DNA of 64,000 bases from Podarcis cretensis (lineage: Eukaryota): NCBI GenBank assembly GCA_951804945.1, contig OX638152.1, positions 49,538,001-49,602,000 of the forward strand, written 5' to 3'. Of the stretch, positions 13,887 to 27,842 are shown piece after piece. The notes under the pieces were generated by a model, which worked only from the letters and a program-made list of their open reading frames with translations, made no database searches and was not told the DNA's origin. How positions within the stretch are numbered: position 1 is the first letter of the stretch; each line of letters opens with the position of its first letter. The translations under genes and the position numbers were made by a program.

Positions 13887-14070
13887 AAATGACACCTCTG
13901 TTGAACATTGTGTGCAGCATGTATTTCATTAGCTAAAGGCTGCATATTAATCAACATTACCCTATAACACAACCTTGTCAGTGATGTTCTTATTATCTTT
14001 CAATACACCACATGTTTGTCCTATGCAAATGTGTTGACTGCTCAGCATTGTTAATAATATAAACAACATA
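13887..14070 (+). repeat. diverged ~180-bp duplicated element, copy 2
   Basis: collinear with 12737-12920, offset ~1150 bp. Confidence 0.75.
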
Positions 14071-15133
14071 TTCTCTTACACTTTGGGGGGATATTCTGTT
14101 CTGGGTGACTTATTAATAGCAGCAGTTATAGCAATATTGAGTCTGTCCCTGTCAGGTGAAATATCCCATATGTACATATTTCGCTAGAACACAATAAAGA
14201 TAGTAGCCGACGAGATTGCCATATGAGATTTCACAGATGCTGAATTATAATTCTACAACAAAATAGAAATGTGTAGAAACTCCTTCGCTCTTCTATCCCA
14301 TTGCATTTCTTTCTTCACATATTCTGCAAACTCTTGTCATATATAAAATATGTTTTCTAATATAATTTGTTAAATTGGTAAGTGTTCAGCCTAAATTTAA
14401 TGAACATGATCCAGTAAAATTTATAATATGTTCCTTTGCATGTTTTGTCCAGAAGTAAGTTTGTTGTATTCAGTGAATCTTATACTAAGGTTGACTGGAG
14501 CAAGAATGAACATTGTGACCATGTGGTCTCACATCTCTCACATGCTGTCATGCAATACTTCCAGGTACGTTAAACCATAGTTTCCCATTACATCTAAACT
14601 GAAAATCCCTATTCTGCTGCTCCGGCTTGCTTTGGACAGTGAGGCGAGTTTGCAGCTGGTACTGAAGCAGCTGTTGCCATTTTGATTGCTGGTGCATTAT
14701 ATGTCATGGTGCTGAGATGAGGCAATGGAGCCCTTTTAAGCCTGCCCCACCTTTTCCTCACTCTCTTCCTTGGCTGCCACTCTCCATCCCTTTATTGCAG
14801 TATGACTGGTGTTTGTCACCTATTCCATACTATGTGATAGGAGACCATTAGGTGCACTGTCTTAATACTCAGCTATTCTGTCCAATAGGTTGATTTGGCT
14901 CCTAATTGTTGATTAACTGATAAATCTGGCCATCTATATGGCCATCTCAGATAGATTAATATGGTCAATTTGGCAGGACCCAGGAGCAATACATGGCTTG
15001 CCTCTGAGGTCAATTTGTCTCACACCTGGAGTTTTGGGAACCCTTGGATGGTAGCAATGCAGAAAGGCTTCCCTGCTTACCTTCATGTTGAAGGGGGTAA
15101 GCAAACTGGTTTGCCTTTGAACTGGAAGGGGAT

Positions 15134-15453
15134 TGTTGTTGTTTAGTTGTTTAGTCGTGTCCGACTCTTCGTGACCCCATGGACCAGAGCACGCCAGGCA
15201 CTCCTGTCTTCCACTGCCTCCGCAGTTTGGTCAGGCTCATGTTTGTAGCTTTGAGAACACTGTCCAACCATCTCGTCCTTTGTTGTCCCCTTCTCCTTGT
15301 GCCCTCCATCTTTCTAAACATCAGGGTCTTTTCCAGGGAGTCTTCTCTTCTCATGAGGTGGCCAAAGTATTGGAGCCTCAACTTCACGATCTGTCCTTCC
15401 AGTGAGCACTCAGGACTGATTTCCTTAAGAATGGATATGTTTGATCTTCTTGC
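15134..15453 (-). mobile_element. Bov-B LINE 3' fragment (5'-truncated)
   Basis: minus-strand peptide KLRLQYFGHLMRREDSLEKTLM..GTRRRGQQRTRWLD; (CAA)n tail; 7-bp TSD aggggat at 15127-15133 and 15454-15460. Confidence 0.93.
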
Positions 15454-17112
15454 AGGGGATAGGGCATCCTTAAAGCTATGGGATTTGATTTATAGTCAGT
15501 TCCTTTGTTTCCCTCTACAGGTTTTAAGTTTTATAAAGTGGCCCTTATTCAACTCAGCTATACATGCTCATGTCTTTATTTCATCCCTAGGCCATAAACT
15601 GTCATGTATCAAACAATCATTTGACCCTTGCTTGATATCCTAGAGTAGTCAGTGCTAAAGTCTCACTTTCTCAGTTCAGTTTAGCATAAATGTACACAAG
15701 AGACAGGAAGAGAAGAGGTGGAAATGCATGAGCATTTGTCAGGTTTCGGAATAACATCAGAATTGAGCTTTAGTTGTGTCTATGCCCAATATAATAATGG
15801 GAGTCAATAGAGTTACAAACATACAACTATAGTCTGCATGAAGCATCAAATTCACCAGACCTAGTGCAGCTCACTCACCTGTTCATTATACTGTAATGAT
15901 ACTTTTGTTTGTAGAGAGCTACACACCATATAACCACCCTTTAATGAGTGGGGTCCAAAAGTATAGGTATTATTTGCATAGATTCTGATTCACACAGAGA
16001 CTGTGTGCACAGAAAATTAAAGGTGCTTGAGCCCTGTTATAGTCTAAATTCTGTCACAGTCCTTCATATCCTATTTGGTATCCCATCTCTGCTACACAAT
16101 ATCTACCATGAAATGTGTAAAAAAACTTAGGAGCATTCTGCTTAAACTCAGAGGAAGCTTCTTGTGAAATTGGACAACTTGTAACAGTCTCTTTTCAAGG
16201 AAGTGATTTTATCCAAACATCATATCTGAATTTTATACCCATCTGCAGTTTTCTTCCTATTTTGCTTCTTAGGGATGTTATGTGTATTTGGTTATCTTCA
16301 AAAATATTTTTTAAGTATTCTGGACATCAGACATGTGTAATGCTGGATAGAACTATTCTCTTAACTCCTCCCACCCCCACCAGAAAAGCTTGGCTACATA
16401 GATTTCTTATTGTGAGGAAATGTTGATTTCAATGAAAACTGTATTTCTACTGCAAAATGCTTTTACTTGCAGTTTCTTGACCAGCTCTCTTTCTGGTTCT
16501 CTCTAAGTGGTTCGGAATTTATAGCCGATATATGAAAGTCCCTGTTATCAGAAAGGCTACTATATAATGGGAGATATTTCCAGCTGCTGTAAATCTGCAT
16601 AGCTCCATTAAACTGTATGAAACAGCATCAATTTACAGCAGCCACAAATCGAAGCCAGTGTTTGTAAAGACAGTTCATGTTCGTTGGCATAAATCTAGGT
16701 TATGAATTCAAACCAATTTGTAACCGAAAAAGGTCACTCAATAACTGAGAGAACAATGTTTCAAGAGACTCATGAAATGCAAGTGCATAGTAGTGGGAGA
16801 TGCTTTGTGGTATGGCTTCGCTTGTTGCCTAGCAACAGAGACATATGCCAGATAAATAATGGATGCTCTTGCCATATGAGAACCACTGAAGGATGTATAA
16901 AGTTTAGGACCAGATTATATCTTTTATCAAACCATCCTCAGGTTACCTCACTGAGCAAATTACTGGGTGAGCTTCACTGAACAAAGTAGGAGTTACTTCT
17001 GAGGAAACATTTTGCAAACTTTAGTATTACACAAATCTCTTCTTCATTGTTCAGTGTTCACCAAAGTGCATGTGTCAGTTCTAAAGGGCACACCCAAGTC
17101 CCATCAGGCATA

Positions 17113-17487
17113 AGGACCCCCTGGACAGCTAAGTCCAGTCAAACCTGACTATGGGGTGCAGTGTTCATCTTGCTTCAAGCTGAGGGAGCCAGCATTTGTC
17201 CACAGACAGCTTTCTGGGTCATGTGGCCAGCATGACTAAACCACTTCTGGTGCAACGGGACATCGTAATGAGTACCAGAGTGCACAGAAAGGCCATTTAA
17301 CTTTCCACTGCAGTGGTACCTATTTATCTGCTTGCACTAGTGTGCTTTCAAACTGCTACAGTATGTTGGCAGAAGCTGGGACAGAACAATGGGAGCTCAC
17401 CACAATCATGTGGATTTGAACTTCTAACCTTCCGATCATCAACCCCAAGAGGCTCACTGGTTTAGAGCACAGCTCCACCTGCATTCC
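17113..17487 (-). mobile_element. Sauria SINE, older diverged copy
   Basis: reverse-complement core ggtacctatttatctgcttgcac and gggtcatgtggccagcatgactaa; head ggtttagagcacagctccacc. Confidence 0.88.
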
Positions 17488-18012
17488 TCCATCAAGCATA
17501 CTCCATCCATCTGCATCCCTCCATCAGGCAGATCTCTGAAAGTTGCCTTAACCCAATCATGCCTTGTTATACCTACTGTTTTTCTCCCCCACTTCCTTAC
17601 TGTGCAGACTCCATGCCAGACTGGCAAGCATGTCACATCATTCCCAAATGGCAGTCTAGTTAGTGATAGCTGTGTGGAGTAGGCATAAAGAGAGAGAGAG
17701 AGATACAAAACAAGGAGTCTCTCTCTCTCTTCCCTCCTCCCACCGCCCAAATTGCTTCTCAGCCTTGGGAGACTAGCAATTGTCAAAAGCCAACAATACT
17801 TATATGGAGTGACGACAGACAAAAAGGTGGAGGATTTAGAGTGAGGACCTACCTGGCTAATAAGCCAGACGTAACCTCCTTTCCAATTGGTGAGACTTCT
17901 CTATCCCCTCCCTTCAGGAGCAAAAAATCATGAATTGTCTCTCTGAAAGGAATGGGGTAAGGGCATGCATGTCCCCTCTGAAAATATGTTAGCAGCACTC
18001 TCAGAATGTGTA

Positions 18013-18238
18013 CAGTGGTACCTCGGGTTACATATGCTTCAGGTTACAGACTCCGCTAACCCAGAAATATTACCTCAGGTTAAGAACTTTGCTTCAGGAT
18101 GAGAACAGAAATCGTGCTCCAGTGGCGCGGCAGGAGCAGAAGGCCCCATTAGCTAAAGTGGTGCTTCAGGTTAAGAACAGTTTCAGGTTAAGTACGGACC
18201 TCCAGAACGAATTAAGTACTTAACCCGAGGTACCACTG
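18013..18238. mobile_element. pogo/Tigger-like MITE (same family as 35646 and 37152)
   Basis: TIR cagtggtacctcgggtta / taacccgaggtaccactg; TA TSD; repeated internal tcaggtta motifs. Confidence 0.92.
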
Positions 18239-19317
18239 TATTTGTCTTGGGCAAATGTTGAGCTGCTTATAATCTGATATATTTAGAACATGTTTTGAAC
18301 TGTTACTAATCTAGTAATAGTAACCAAATGCCATCAGTTTATAGTGGACTGTTTTCCTAGTCCAGTGCAATTCATATGGGAAATCTCTGTATGAATTATG
18401 ATTTAGTTGACCATTACAGAAGTTTAGAGAGATTTATTTTGAACATAGAATTTTACTAACATATCTCAGATATTTTTGCAGTTGTTGATATTTTGTAGAT
18501 AAACAATAAAAAGGATGCCTAAATTGTTGACTATTTCCCAAATGCTAAACATGCTGCCTAGGGGAACTATTCATCAACCCCCTCTTCCAAATAAGTCCCA
18601 CTAAAATTAATGAATGTGGCATAGGATCAAATACTAGTGGAATTGCACTCTAAATCACTTTCTTATCCAAACAGTATGGCTTAAATGATAATAGTGAGGA
18701 ATAAGGCATGGTCCTCAATGGTTTGGCTGGTTTATAATAGGGTGCATAGGGTTTCCTTTATTAGGAAATATTTACCAGTTAATCACTGCAAATGGATTTA
18801 AATTAGTTTAGCCTTATACCCATTAGTGTAATTCTGTAATTTACTGATGCAATTTTAAGCAAGCAAATAAACTAGTTCAATTATCTCTATTCTAGATGAA
18901 TGCATTCATTTATGTGGTACACAACATGATGGGCATTTCCTTGGCATATTTGCAACCTGCTCAGATCCTAAGCATATTATATCTGCCCCATTTAAAACCA
19001 GGGTGGTCATATGTCTGGTCCAAGGCAAGGTCAGTCATAAAAAACACACAAGGAGAGATATTGATAGGGATGTAAAGCTGTGCACCAACAGTTAGCACCT
19101 GGGGAGAAGACTGAGCAGGGCCCCAGTTGTCCTCACCACAATCTTCCCCATTAGGATGAGATGTTTTGCATTCCTATTTAGATTATAGTATTTCTAAATG
19201 TGGCATCTATAATATAAATTAGCCTATGCTGATTCTTTTCAAATTTGTTTTCAGAGGTGCATTTTCTCTATTTTGGCTATTTTCTCTATTAGTTCAGCCC
19301 CCCCCCCTCTCACTCAC

Positions 19318-19319
<2 letters not shown>

Positions 19320-19356
<37 letters not shown>
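19320..19356. repeat. (CA)n microsatellite
   Basis: perfect dinucleotide run. Confidence 0.95.
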
Positions 19357-19358
<2 letters not shown>

Positions 19359-19568
19359 ATTTGTAGTGGAGCAGAATGACAAGAAAGATTTTGCTTGTTT
19401 TGAAAAATCAGGAAACTAACTGGCAACCTTTAGTTTCTTGAAATTTCCTTTCTTTAGGCTCCTGATGGTTTCAGCTACCTGGTTTGTAACTTTAGCCAAT
19501 ATGTTAACTGGCTAATTAGAGGATAAGTATAACATGCATGAATGAAAGATGCTTTAGACAACTTTCCC

Positions 19569-19854
19569 CAGGGGTTGGCAACCTAAGGCCCATGGGCCAG
19601 AAGCAGCTCAAGGGGGTTGTTTAACTGGGCCATGAGCCGCCCACTTGGTGAGTCCCCAAGTGCAGCGCTAAACTGGCGCTGTGCAGCATGGGGACTCACT
19701 TCCGTGGTGCTGGAAATCGCGTCTGCGCAGACACTGCAAATCATGTCTGCGCAAACACAGATGCTGGAAATTGCGCCCCCCCCCCGATCTGGCTCACAGA
19801 GGGATCTCCACTGGAGTGAACTGGCTCAGGCAAGGTAAACCTTGCCGACCCCTG
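19569..19854. mobile_element. hAT-family MITE
   Basis: TIR caggggttggcaa / ttgccgacccctg; 8-bp TSD actttccc / acttttcc; internal repeats gctggaaat and gtctgcgca. Confidence 0.85.
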
Positions 19855-21526
19855 ACTTTTCCTGTAGCTGGAGCAATACTGAATATGTTGGTGATCAAAC
19901 GAGCCTTAGAAGAATGCATCAGCTTCACATGCTTTATGAATGGTATGTCTCCTCAACTCACAAATTTATGAATAAATATGTATACACATTTAAAATGAGT
20001 CATTTTTAAAGAAGCACCAGACCCAATGCTGTTAGATTTGGAAATATCACTATGGACATTATTAGACTTGGACAGTTCACTCTCCCAAGGAGTACTAAAT
20101 GGGTACGTCAAGTGAAACTTTTTACATCATCCTTTGACAGGCTCTTGTAATCTATCACAAAATGTGCATGCAGGTCCCCTCTCTTTCAAAAGAGTTTGCA
20201 TATGCAGCAAATGGAAGGTAGTGCTGTTCTAGAAACACAGATGTAAATATGACTCGGGCACACAGACTCTTTCATTCCAGGTCATTGGCTCAACCCATAC
20301 ATGAAAAAAGTAAATAAGTAAATGATGGTTAGCAAAAACAAATGCATGCATGCTTATCCTGAGATATTTAGAGTCAAATTAGGTCTTTCAGGATATCTAG
20401 CTGATTTATATACTGCTTGCTTGATTGGGGGGGGGGGGGAGAGAAACCACTTCATAGTTGACAAAAAAATTGATATCACATCAAGCCATAGTCAGTAACT
20501 ATAGATGATGTATTGGTTGGTTATTCTGATTGGAAATATGCTTTGCAGTAGTTGCATCTGAGCTCTTTGTGAAGCTGAAGCAATTAGAAAATGGAATGCA
20601 GTGGCGCTTGAGACCTTCTGCTGGGAGCTAATGGGCTGCAAAAGGAGAGGAGATCTAGCAGTCAATGAATCTTGGAAAGAAGCAGAGGAGAGAAAGCTAC
20701 AATGTCTATAAACTATGACAGCTTGTGTGTTAGTTTGCTATCAGTGCATGATTTGGATGCCTAATAGCCTACAGTCACCTTAGTTGTAATTTTCCTGTAA
20801 CACCCTCCCAGAAATTAGGAAGCTGTTGTTTGAAACCATACCTGAGAAGAACTTGTACAATGAAGGCTGTGTCAAAACAGCGTTTTACAACTGTTGATGT
20901 AGTAAGAGAAAATAATGAGAACGTTAAGAATCTCTGGGAGATACAGAACTTCCCCCATGGCCTCATTCTCTCCTAACTAGTTTGGCTGTAATTTGCATGA
21001 GACAACACACCTAACAATGTCTAGCACCCAAACAAAGCTTTGGACCTGATGTCATTTAATGCATTTTTGTAGATGACATTCTCCTGGAGTTGTGGGTATA
21101 TTTGTGGTGGGTAATTTTTCAATAATATTGTGACATAAATACAATCCAATATTTTGCAACAAATATGTCTTCCATGTCATCCAAGTGGAAATGACCATCA
21201 GTAATTACTTCCCTATGAATTTCTGTTACAAGGACAGAAACATGCCCCTATGCACCGCTTTTGCCAATCACCTTCCTAATCCTACACTGGACACAGTTCT
21301 CAATCGGTGGCTCCTACATGCTGCAGCCACTTGTGTTTCTGAACTGGAACTGAGCCAGCAATCAGCTCTGACGGATGTTATATTACTCAAAATGCAATGC
21401 CCAATGCTAAGCTGGGCATGGTGCATGGATAATCTAACATGGTGTCTAGCTGCTGTAGTTCACAACTGAGTGCTCACTTGCATCCCATGAGGAAGTTCTG
21501 CCATTGCTCTCTACCATGAAAACATG

Positions 21527-21529
<3 letters not shown>

Positions 21530-21563
<34 letters not shown>
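21530..21563. repeat. (GT)n microsatellite
   Basis: perfect dinucleotide run. Confidence 0.95.
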
Positions 21564-21564
<1 letters not shown>

Positions 21565-23824
21565 AGGGGGGAGCAGATGAAGTGAACAACTTGCAGCAGC
21601 AGCAACAACAGTGGTGCTCCATGGCTTTGGTAGTGGCGATGGCAACCAGGGCAACCAGTAGTAGTCCTGAAGGATGAACAGGATTGGGTAGTGACAAGCA
21701 ACCCTGAGACCTCAGCAGGTTCCTAACGGTGCTGACCACTGATGCCAGGAGTGTGACAACCTGATTCTGTATGCATTTCCTGGATTAGTATGATTGTCTT
21801 ATGCAAAACTTGATGGTGTGAGGGGCATCATTGCATTAGTGATCCAGCAAAGTCTCTCTCCCAAGAAGCTGTACAGAAAATGCAGATTGTGTGAAGCCAA
21901 GTGTAATGTATTTCCCCCTGCTTGTTCCATTATTAGTATTTTTTTTTTTTACAGGCTGGTAATAAAACAAGCACTTTCCAAAAGTGTAAAAGTGCAGCAT
22001 GAAAGCAGGGTCATGAGCTTGTTCAGAGATTTGTACAGACTAATTCTGAATGTGCAATGACTACCTTTTGTTGAACTCTCTTACATGTGGGAGGAATTCA
22101 TAAAGATATAGCCAGTAAAACATATTCCTTCATTGGTATTTTTTTCCTCTCTCAATCTCTCTCTCTCTTTTAAAAAGTAAAGTATTTAGTTTCTCTTATC
22201 CTAGTGATAAATACACATATGTTAGATGAACTTTGAACCTAGAATTCTGGAGTAAAAGAAAATGAAATAAAAGGTCAGAGGAATGAAACCAACTTACAAA
22301 GAGATCTCCATGATGAAAGAGCTTTATTGTTCCATGGAATGTCTATAAAATTGTCTTTGTTTTTTTATTTCTCCAGCACTAAATCTAAAGCTGTTGCCAT
22401 CCTTGCCGCATTTCTTCAGAGCCACATCCATAATTCTGTTTCTCCTTCGCTCAAAGAGGTGAAGCACCCATTGCAGAAATAATAGGCAATTTTGAAATCC
22501 ATTCAGAGGTGTAAATTATGCAAGTCTTAGCCAAAAGAAATCAGTATAATCTGCAAAGAAATACCATTAATTTTAGTGCCCAGGGACAAGCTTAATCTAA
22601 GCCACCAGTCAATGCGAAAACCCTGTAAAAGAGAGATACTGCAAAATGATGTTATTTATAATAATGAAGAGTTGACCGTGATTAATAAGTATTTATTTTT
22701 CCATCAAAAACTGCTCCGACTAGGGAAATAAATGTGTGGTCTTCATTGCTCTAAATATATTATACATGAGAAGAGAAGAACAATAAGGAGCGAAAGATGC
22801 ATGCAATACCATATCTCACTTTCTATAACAGGAAACCCGTCCATTTTATTACATTAACACAGCAATTCCTTCTGTTTATGCCATTTACTGGTGGCATTCC
22901 AAATCAAGAAAAGGTATGAACACTATATTCTGTGTGATGGTCTTATAAATTAGACCACTCGAGTCCCTGACAGCTTATAATATATATCCTGGAAGAATTA
23001 AGGAGGTTGAAAATAAAAATCATCCCCTATACTAGACTGCATAATGTAAGGTATAGGATGATATAAATTCTATCAATGTACTGTCCATACAAGGATGGCT
23101 CAGGCTTCAGTCACACATGGGATTTACTCTGATAGTTTTACTGCTCATAGGACTACCACTCCTGTTTCTTTCACACTGCGGTACCTCGATTCTGACATGT
23201 CACACTAAATTCCATCCACATTCTGGCTGCTACCTACAAAATTCTGACCCTGAAGTTAAAATAAATAAATTCAGCTGGCCTTTTCTGTGTGGTTCGCCAT
23301 GTTATGGTCTTCAAGTTCTTTGGGGACATGAAGAAAACAGAAGGATGGATAGGTGTCAGCATCTAGCTACCCAGAGTGTCTCTATTACATTATATTATAT
23401 ATTATATATAGAGAGAGAGAACAAATGCCTGAAGCTTAAAATTTTCAGTCTTTGCATTCCGTTCTTAAATATTTCATGGAAGGTATAATTTGACAGTGAC
23501 CTCTAAAGTTAACTTATTACTAGTGTCATCTGAGGAATTAGTGAATTGCGCTTGGTTCATATAATCCTTCCATGGAGTGGTTTTTTCAGCTATAAAAACT
23601 CAAAGCATTGAAGTTGTATGGACACACTCAATTTCTTCAGCCACACCTCCTATTCTGGGAAACGGTGGCAATCATGCAAGCCATAGAGAACAAAAGAAAA
23701 GAAAAATGATCTCAGGTCAGGTCTGCCAGCTTCATAGTTCCATGGATTGAAATCTATAATGTATACAGATCTCCCTTGTCTAATAGTTTAGCGCTATTAT
23801 GCCCTTAGGTTTAAAATATGAGTA

Positions 23825-24067
23825 CAGTTGTACCTTGGATCCTGAATGTCATGGTACTCGGATGTTTTGGCTCCCAAACGCCACAAAGTGAGTGTTCTGG
23901 TTTGCAAATGTTCTTTGGAACCCGAACGTCTGACGAGGCTTCTGTGGCTTCTGATTGGCTGTAGGAACTTCCTGCAGCCAATCAGAAGCCGCACTTCGGT
24001 TTTCGAACATTTTTTAAGTCAAACGGACTTCTGGATTGGATTCCATACGACTTCCAAGGTACGACTG
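23825..24067. mobile_element. pogo/Tigger-like MITE
   Basis: TIR cagttgtaccttgga / tccaaggtacgactg; TA TSD; central palindrome ggcttctgattggctgtaggaacttcctgcagccaatcagaagcc. Confidence 0.87.
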
Positions 24068-27000
24068 TATTGTTTTTTATTGCTTCACTTTACAAAAACT
24101 AAAGTAATCAGATATTCAGAAATAGCTGTATTCAAATCCTCTAGGCAGCCCACCTTTCTTGTCTTTCAGAAAAATAATCCACTTGGAACTGTGGGATCAT
24201 ATTCTTTCGGAGCCCTTAAATAATATGAAACAAGAGTCAATAACTGAATGAAATGTATTCTCCTTTACCTTTTCATTTTTGTGTTTATTATTATCAAGAA
24301 CTATTGACTTACTCTGCATCCCAGTATACAATATTGGTCAGCTGTTAATGAATTTGGCAGTTATGGAAAAAATGGTGTTTAAATAAATATGTGATGGTTG
24401 ATTTATATATTCCCATGCTGTTTTAATCAGTCCATGATTTAAGGTGGCACGTGATACTTTCCTTTTAAGAAGTAGTAATAATTGCAAACTGTTATTACTA
24501 GCCCCATTCCTATTAAATAAAAATTTAATTTGTAACAAGAAGTTGCTGAATGCAACACAAAATGTACACAGAAGAGAGTCCCCTATCCAGAAGCCTTTTA
24601 TCTATGTTTGAGCTTATCTGCACACATAGTCAAATCATGCAGTGCTGAGTAATTGGAACCATACTGTTTCGAGCTCTTGGTGGGACATTGCATCTTTGAA
24701 TATTCTCCACCTTAAGAACAAAGGAAAACAACCCCACTTGTAGAAAACTAGCATGTAGCAGGAAGAAGGCTAGGCTAGATCGTTCTACCTAGTAGACTGT
24801 TTTTCTGCAAGCTGGAAGATTTTGATATTAAAATGACAGTATTTACAGTTTCCGTGGGTTATTATTGTACAATCTACCTATCAGAGCAGTGGCAGTCCTT
24901 TATTATGGATTCCCATTGACTGCATTGGCTGCTCTGAACATTACCAATTGTACTATTCCAACAATGCAATCAAGCTGTGTGTTGAGAATGTAACTGCATT
25001 TCTTTATGAACTGAAATACCCTATTGCTGTGTTAAGTAAAAACACTGAGCAATTTACACCTGTTCCTAGTACTGTGTCATGCTGTTCCATTATACCACCA
25101 CCAAACTCCTGCTGCTAAACTAAAGAAAAGCATTGCCAACTAATCCATTAAAGGGTTTTTTTCCCTTCCCCACAAGACTTCAGTATTATCTTCCTGTTTG
25201 AAGGTATCATCTAATTCAGGCAAACTTCTGCAGACTTACTAAAATATAGATGACTCTATGCTGTATCTTCAAAATATTTTGGAATATTTTTTCATAGCTA
25301 AATCCAGGGAGCAGGAAAGGGGCGCAAAAAAGTCCTTGCTTTCTGCTTGATTCATGCACAATTTAAGGTGGCATTCAGGTTCTTTACTTCATTTATGTCT
25401 TTCCCTAATCATACATTACCAAATGAGATTTACAGATAGACAGAACACTGGGACAGACACACTGACTGCATGAACAGTCCTATCAAGCATCTGAGTGTTT
25501 TACAAATATGCATAGAGTACACGAAGGAGGCAATAAAACCCTGCACATATAGAATCTTGATGCAATCTTTTTTATGATTACTCCTTTGCTGCTGTGTTTT
25601 GTCAGTGAACATACAGAGCTACACTGGCAATCAGTGAGTGCTCCAATCCCAGAAGTTACTTTAGAAATTGTCCCAAATCCTTCTCATGTCTTTACCACAC
25701 CTGCCCATTGAACACACCTTCAAAAGGGACACTGGCCACTCTGATACATCACCTGCTTTCTGATAGTTTCTCCTCTTCTTCATTGGCTGCGCTGCCCACA
25801 TCCCCACCTACAAGCAGATGCTACACAGGGCAAGCAAGTTAGCACCATGATTGGTATGGTAGACATGAAACAGCCATTTGTTGGGGATTGAAATAAGACA
25901 CCAAAGGAGTATAGTATAGATCATAACTGTTGTCTTTCTTCAACCTTCTCTCCACAGCACCATCACTCCTGTCATTGCTGAAACAAGCAAAGAAGCTCAC
26001 CAGGCATATTCTCACCAGAGTTGACTTGGTCAAGTTTCCATGGGCATGCCCAGGGATCAAATTTAATGTTGTGCATTCAGGCTAATGCTGCACACACCCA
26101 TACCTGCTTCTCATGTGTAGTATATGAGAAATAAAACAGTCCTTTCCCCAGTAAGTGTCCAGTAAGTGGTGCCAAATCCTAAAAGACAAACCAACAAAAA
26201 AACTTGACCTTTTTAATCTAGAAAGTTGCCAACGCTACAAGATGTACAAGAAAGGTTATGTGGTAAAGTTAAGTGAATCTTAACTTCAGTGAAATAGCTT
26301 CTGGGAATATTTGTAATATAGGGTACCATGTTGACCAAAGACTTGTTGAGAATGAGCTCTCCCACTCATGACTACATCAGCACAATGACTAGTTGTTGAT
26401 ATCTAAGCTATTTTTGAGCATCTCACCACATACATTTGAAAGCAGCTTGCTCTGAGGCCTGCAGTGTGAGAATGACTATTTCACTCTGTGTGCTATTTGA
26501 TTTGATTTCACTGATCATATCTGATGTAGTGGAGGAGGGTGGGCAACAACCAACAATGGAGATCAGTTAGAAATGACACCATCTTTGTTAAGTTTTCCCA
26601 TGACACTGCTCTTGAGAAAACACGTGGAGACAAAGCAAAACAAAATAGGTCTGTAGGTTTGCAACTAAAACTAATAGAATGAGGTGACAAAAAAAGTCAG
26701 AGTGCTATTTATTGTACATTAAAATGCTAATTAGACTCAATTCAGTTTAATGATGATGCCAGAAGGGTAATTGTCTAAATTAAACTAATTAAATACATCC
26801 TAAAGGAAAAAGAGGTGGCAAGTTGTCTTTAAGGATGAGTATACATAATTTAAGGGTGAAAATGCTCAAAACAAATACATTATTATTCAAGATTACAAAA
26901 AGGAAATACAGCCTGTGAAAGTATGCAAAATGCTAAGCTGATATGTTTATGTGTTTAGATAGACCAACTTGCCACTTCGAACAGGGCTGGAGAAACTACA

Positions 27001-27539
27001 GCACTCTGGATGTCACTAGACTACAACTGCCATCACCCAAGCTCATTGCACACCAAATACATAGCACACCCATGTCTCCTCCAGGTCAGAGCTAGGTAAA
27101 GTATGGAGGGTTGATTCACTTGCTGAACAACTGGAACAACCCTGAAGCACAGAGGCAAACCCACATATCTACACCTTCCCCATCCCTATATGAAGGTTGG
27201 GGCAGAGGCTTGTTATGCCTCTGTGTTTGCTGCAAAACCAAATCCTTAGAGACTTCTGTCAAATTTGGGAGATGTCTGCATCAACCACATCTCTGCTGCT
27301 CCAGGATTGGAACTGATTGTGCCCTTAACATAGGGAGAGAGTGGGGCAAGTGAGATGTAGACCTTTGGCATGCTGCTCAATATCATGACTCTGAAAGGTC
27401 TTCAATTCCCCCTTCCTGATCAATCCTGAATTTCTACTTCATGTTGGTGCAGAAGGCAGTACACAACCAATAAGTTCAAAACAAAATCATGATAATAACA
27501 ATTATCGTAAATTGTATTAGTAAATGCCACACAGTGCAC

Positions 27540-27840
27540 AGTTAAACTGTAGCGCTCGCTCCCACGTTAGGAAGTGATGGCCACCAATTTGGATAACTGT
27601 AAAGGAGGCTTGGACAAATTCATGGAAGATCAGGCTACCAATGCCTACTAGCCATTGTGGCTATGCTCTCTTTCCATGATCAGAGACAACACTTCTGATA
27701 TCAGTTGCTAGAAACCATAAAAGGGGAGAATGCTCAGGTCCTGCCTGAAGGTTTGCTACATACATCTGGGTGGCCACTGTGAGAAATGGATGCTGGACTA
27801 GATGGACCATTGGTTAGATCCAGCAGGCTGTTTTTATGTA
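27540..27840 (+). mobile_element. old CR1/L3-like LINE 3' end
   Basis: gtgatggccaccaatttgga..ggacaaattcatgga..ggccactgtgaga..gctggactagatggaccattgg..gatccagcaggct. Confidence 0.6.
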
Positions 27841-27842
27841 AT

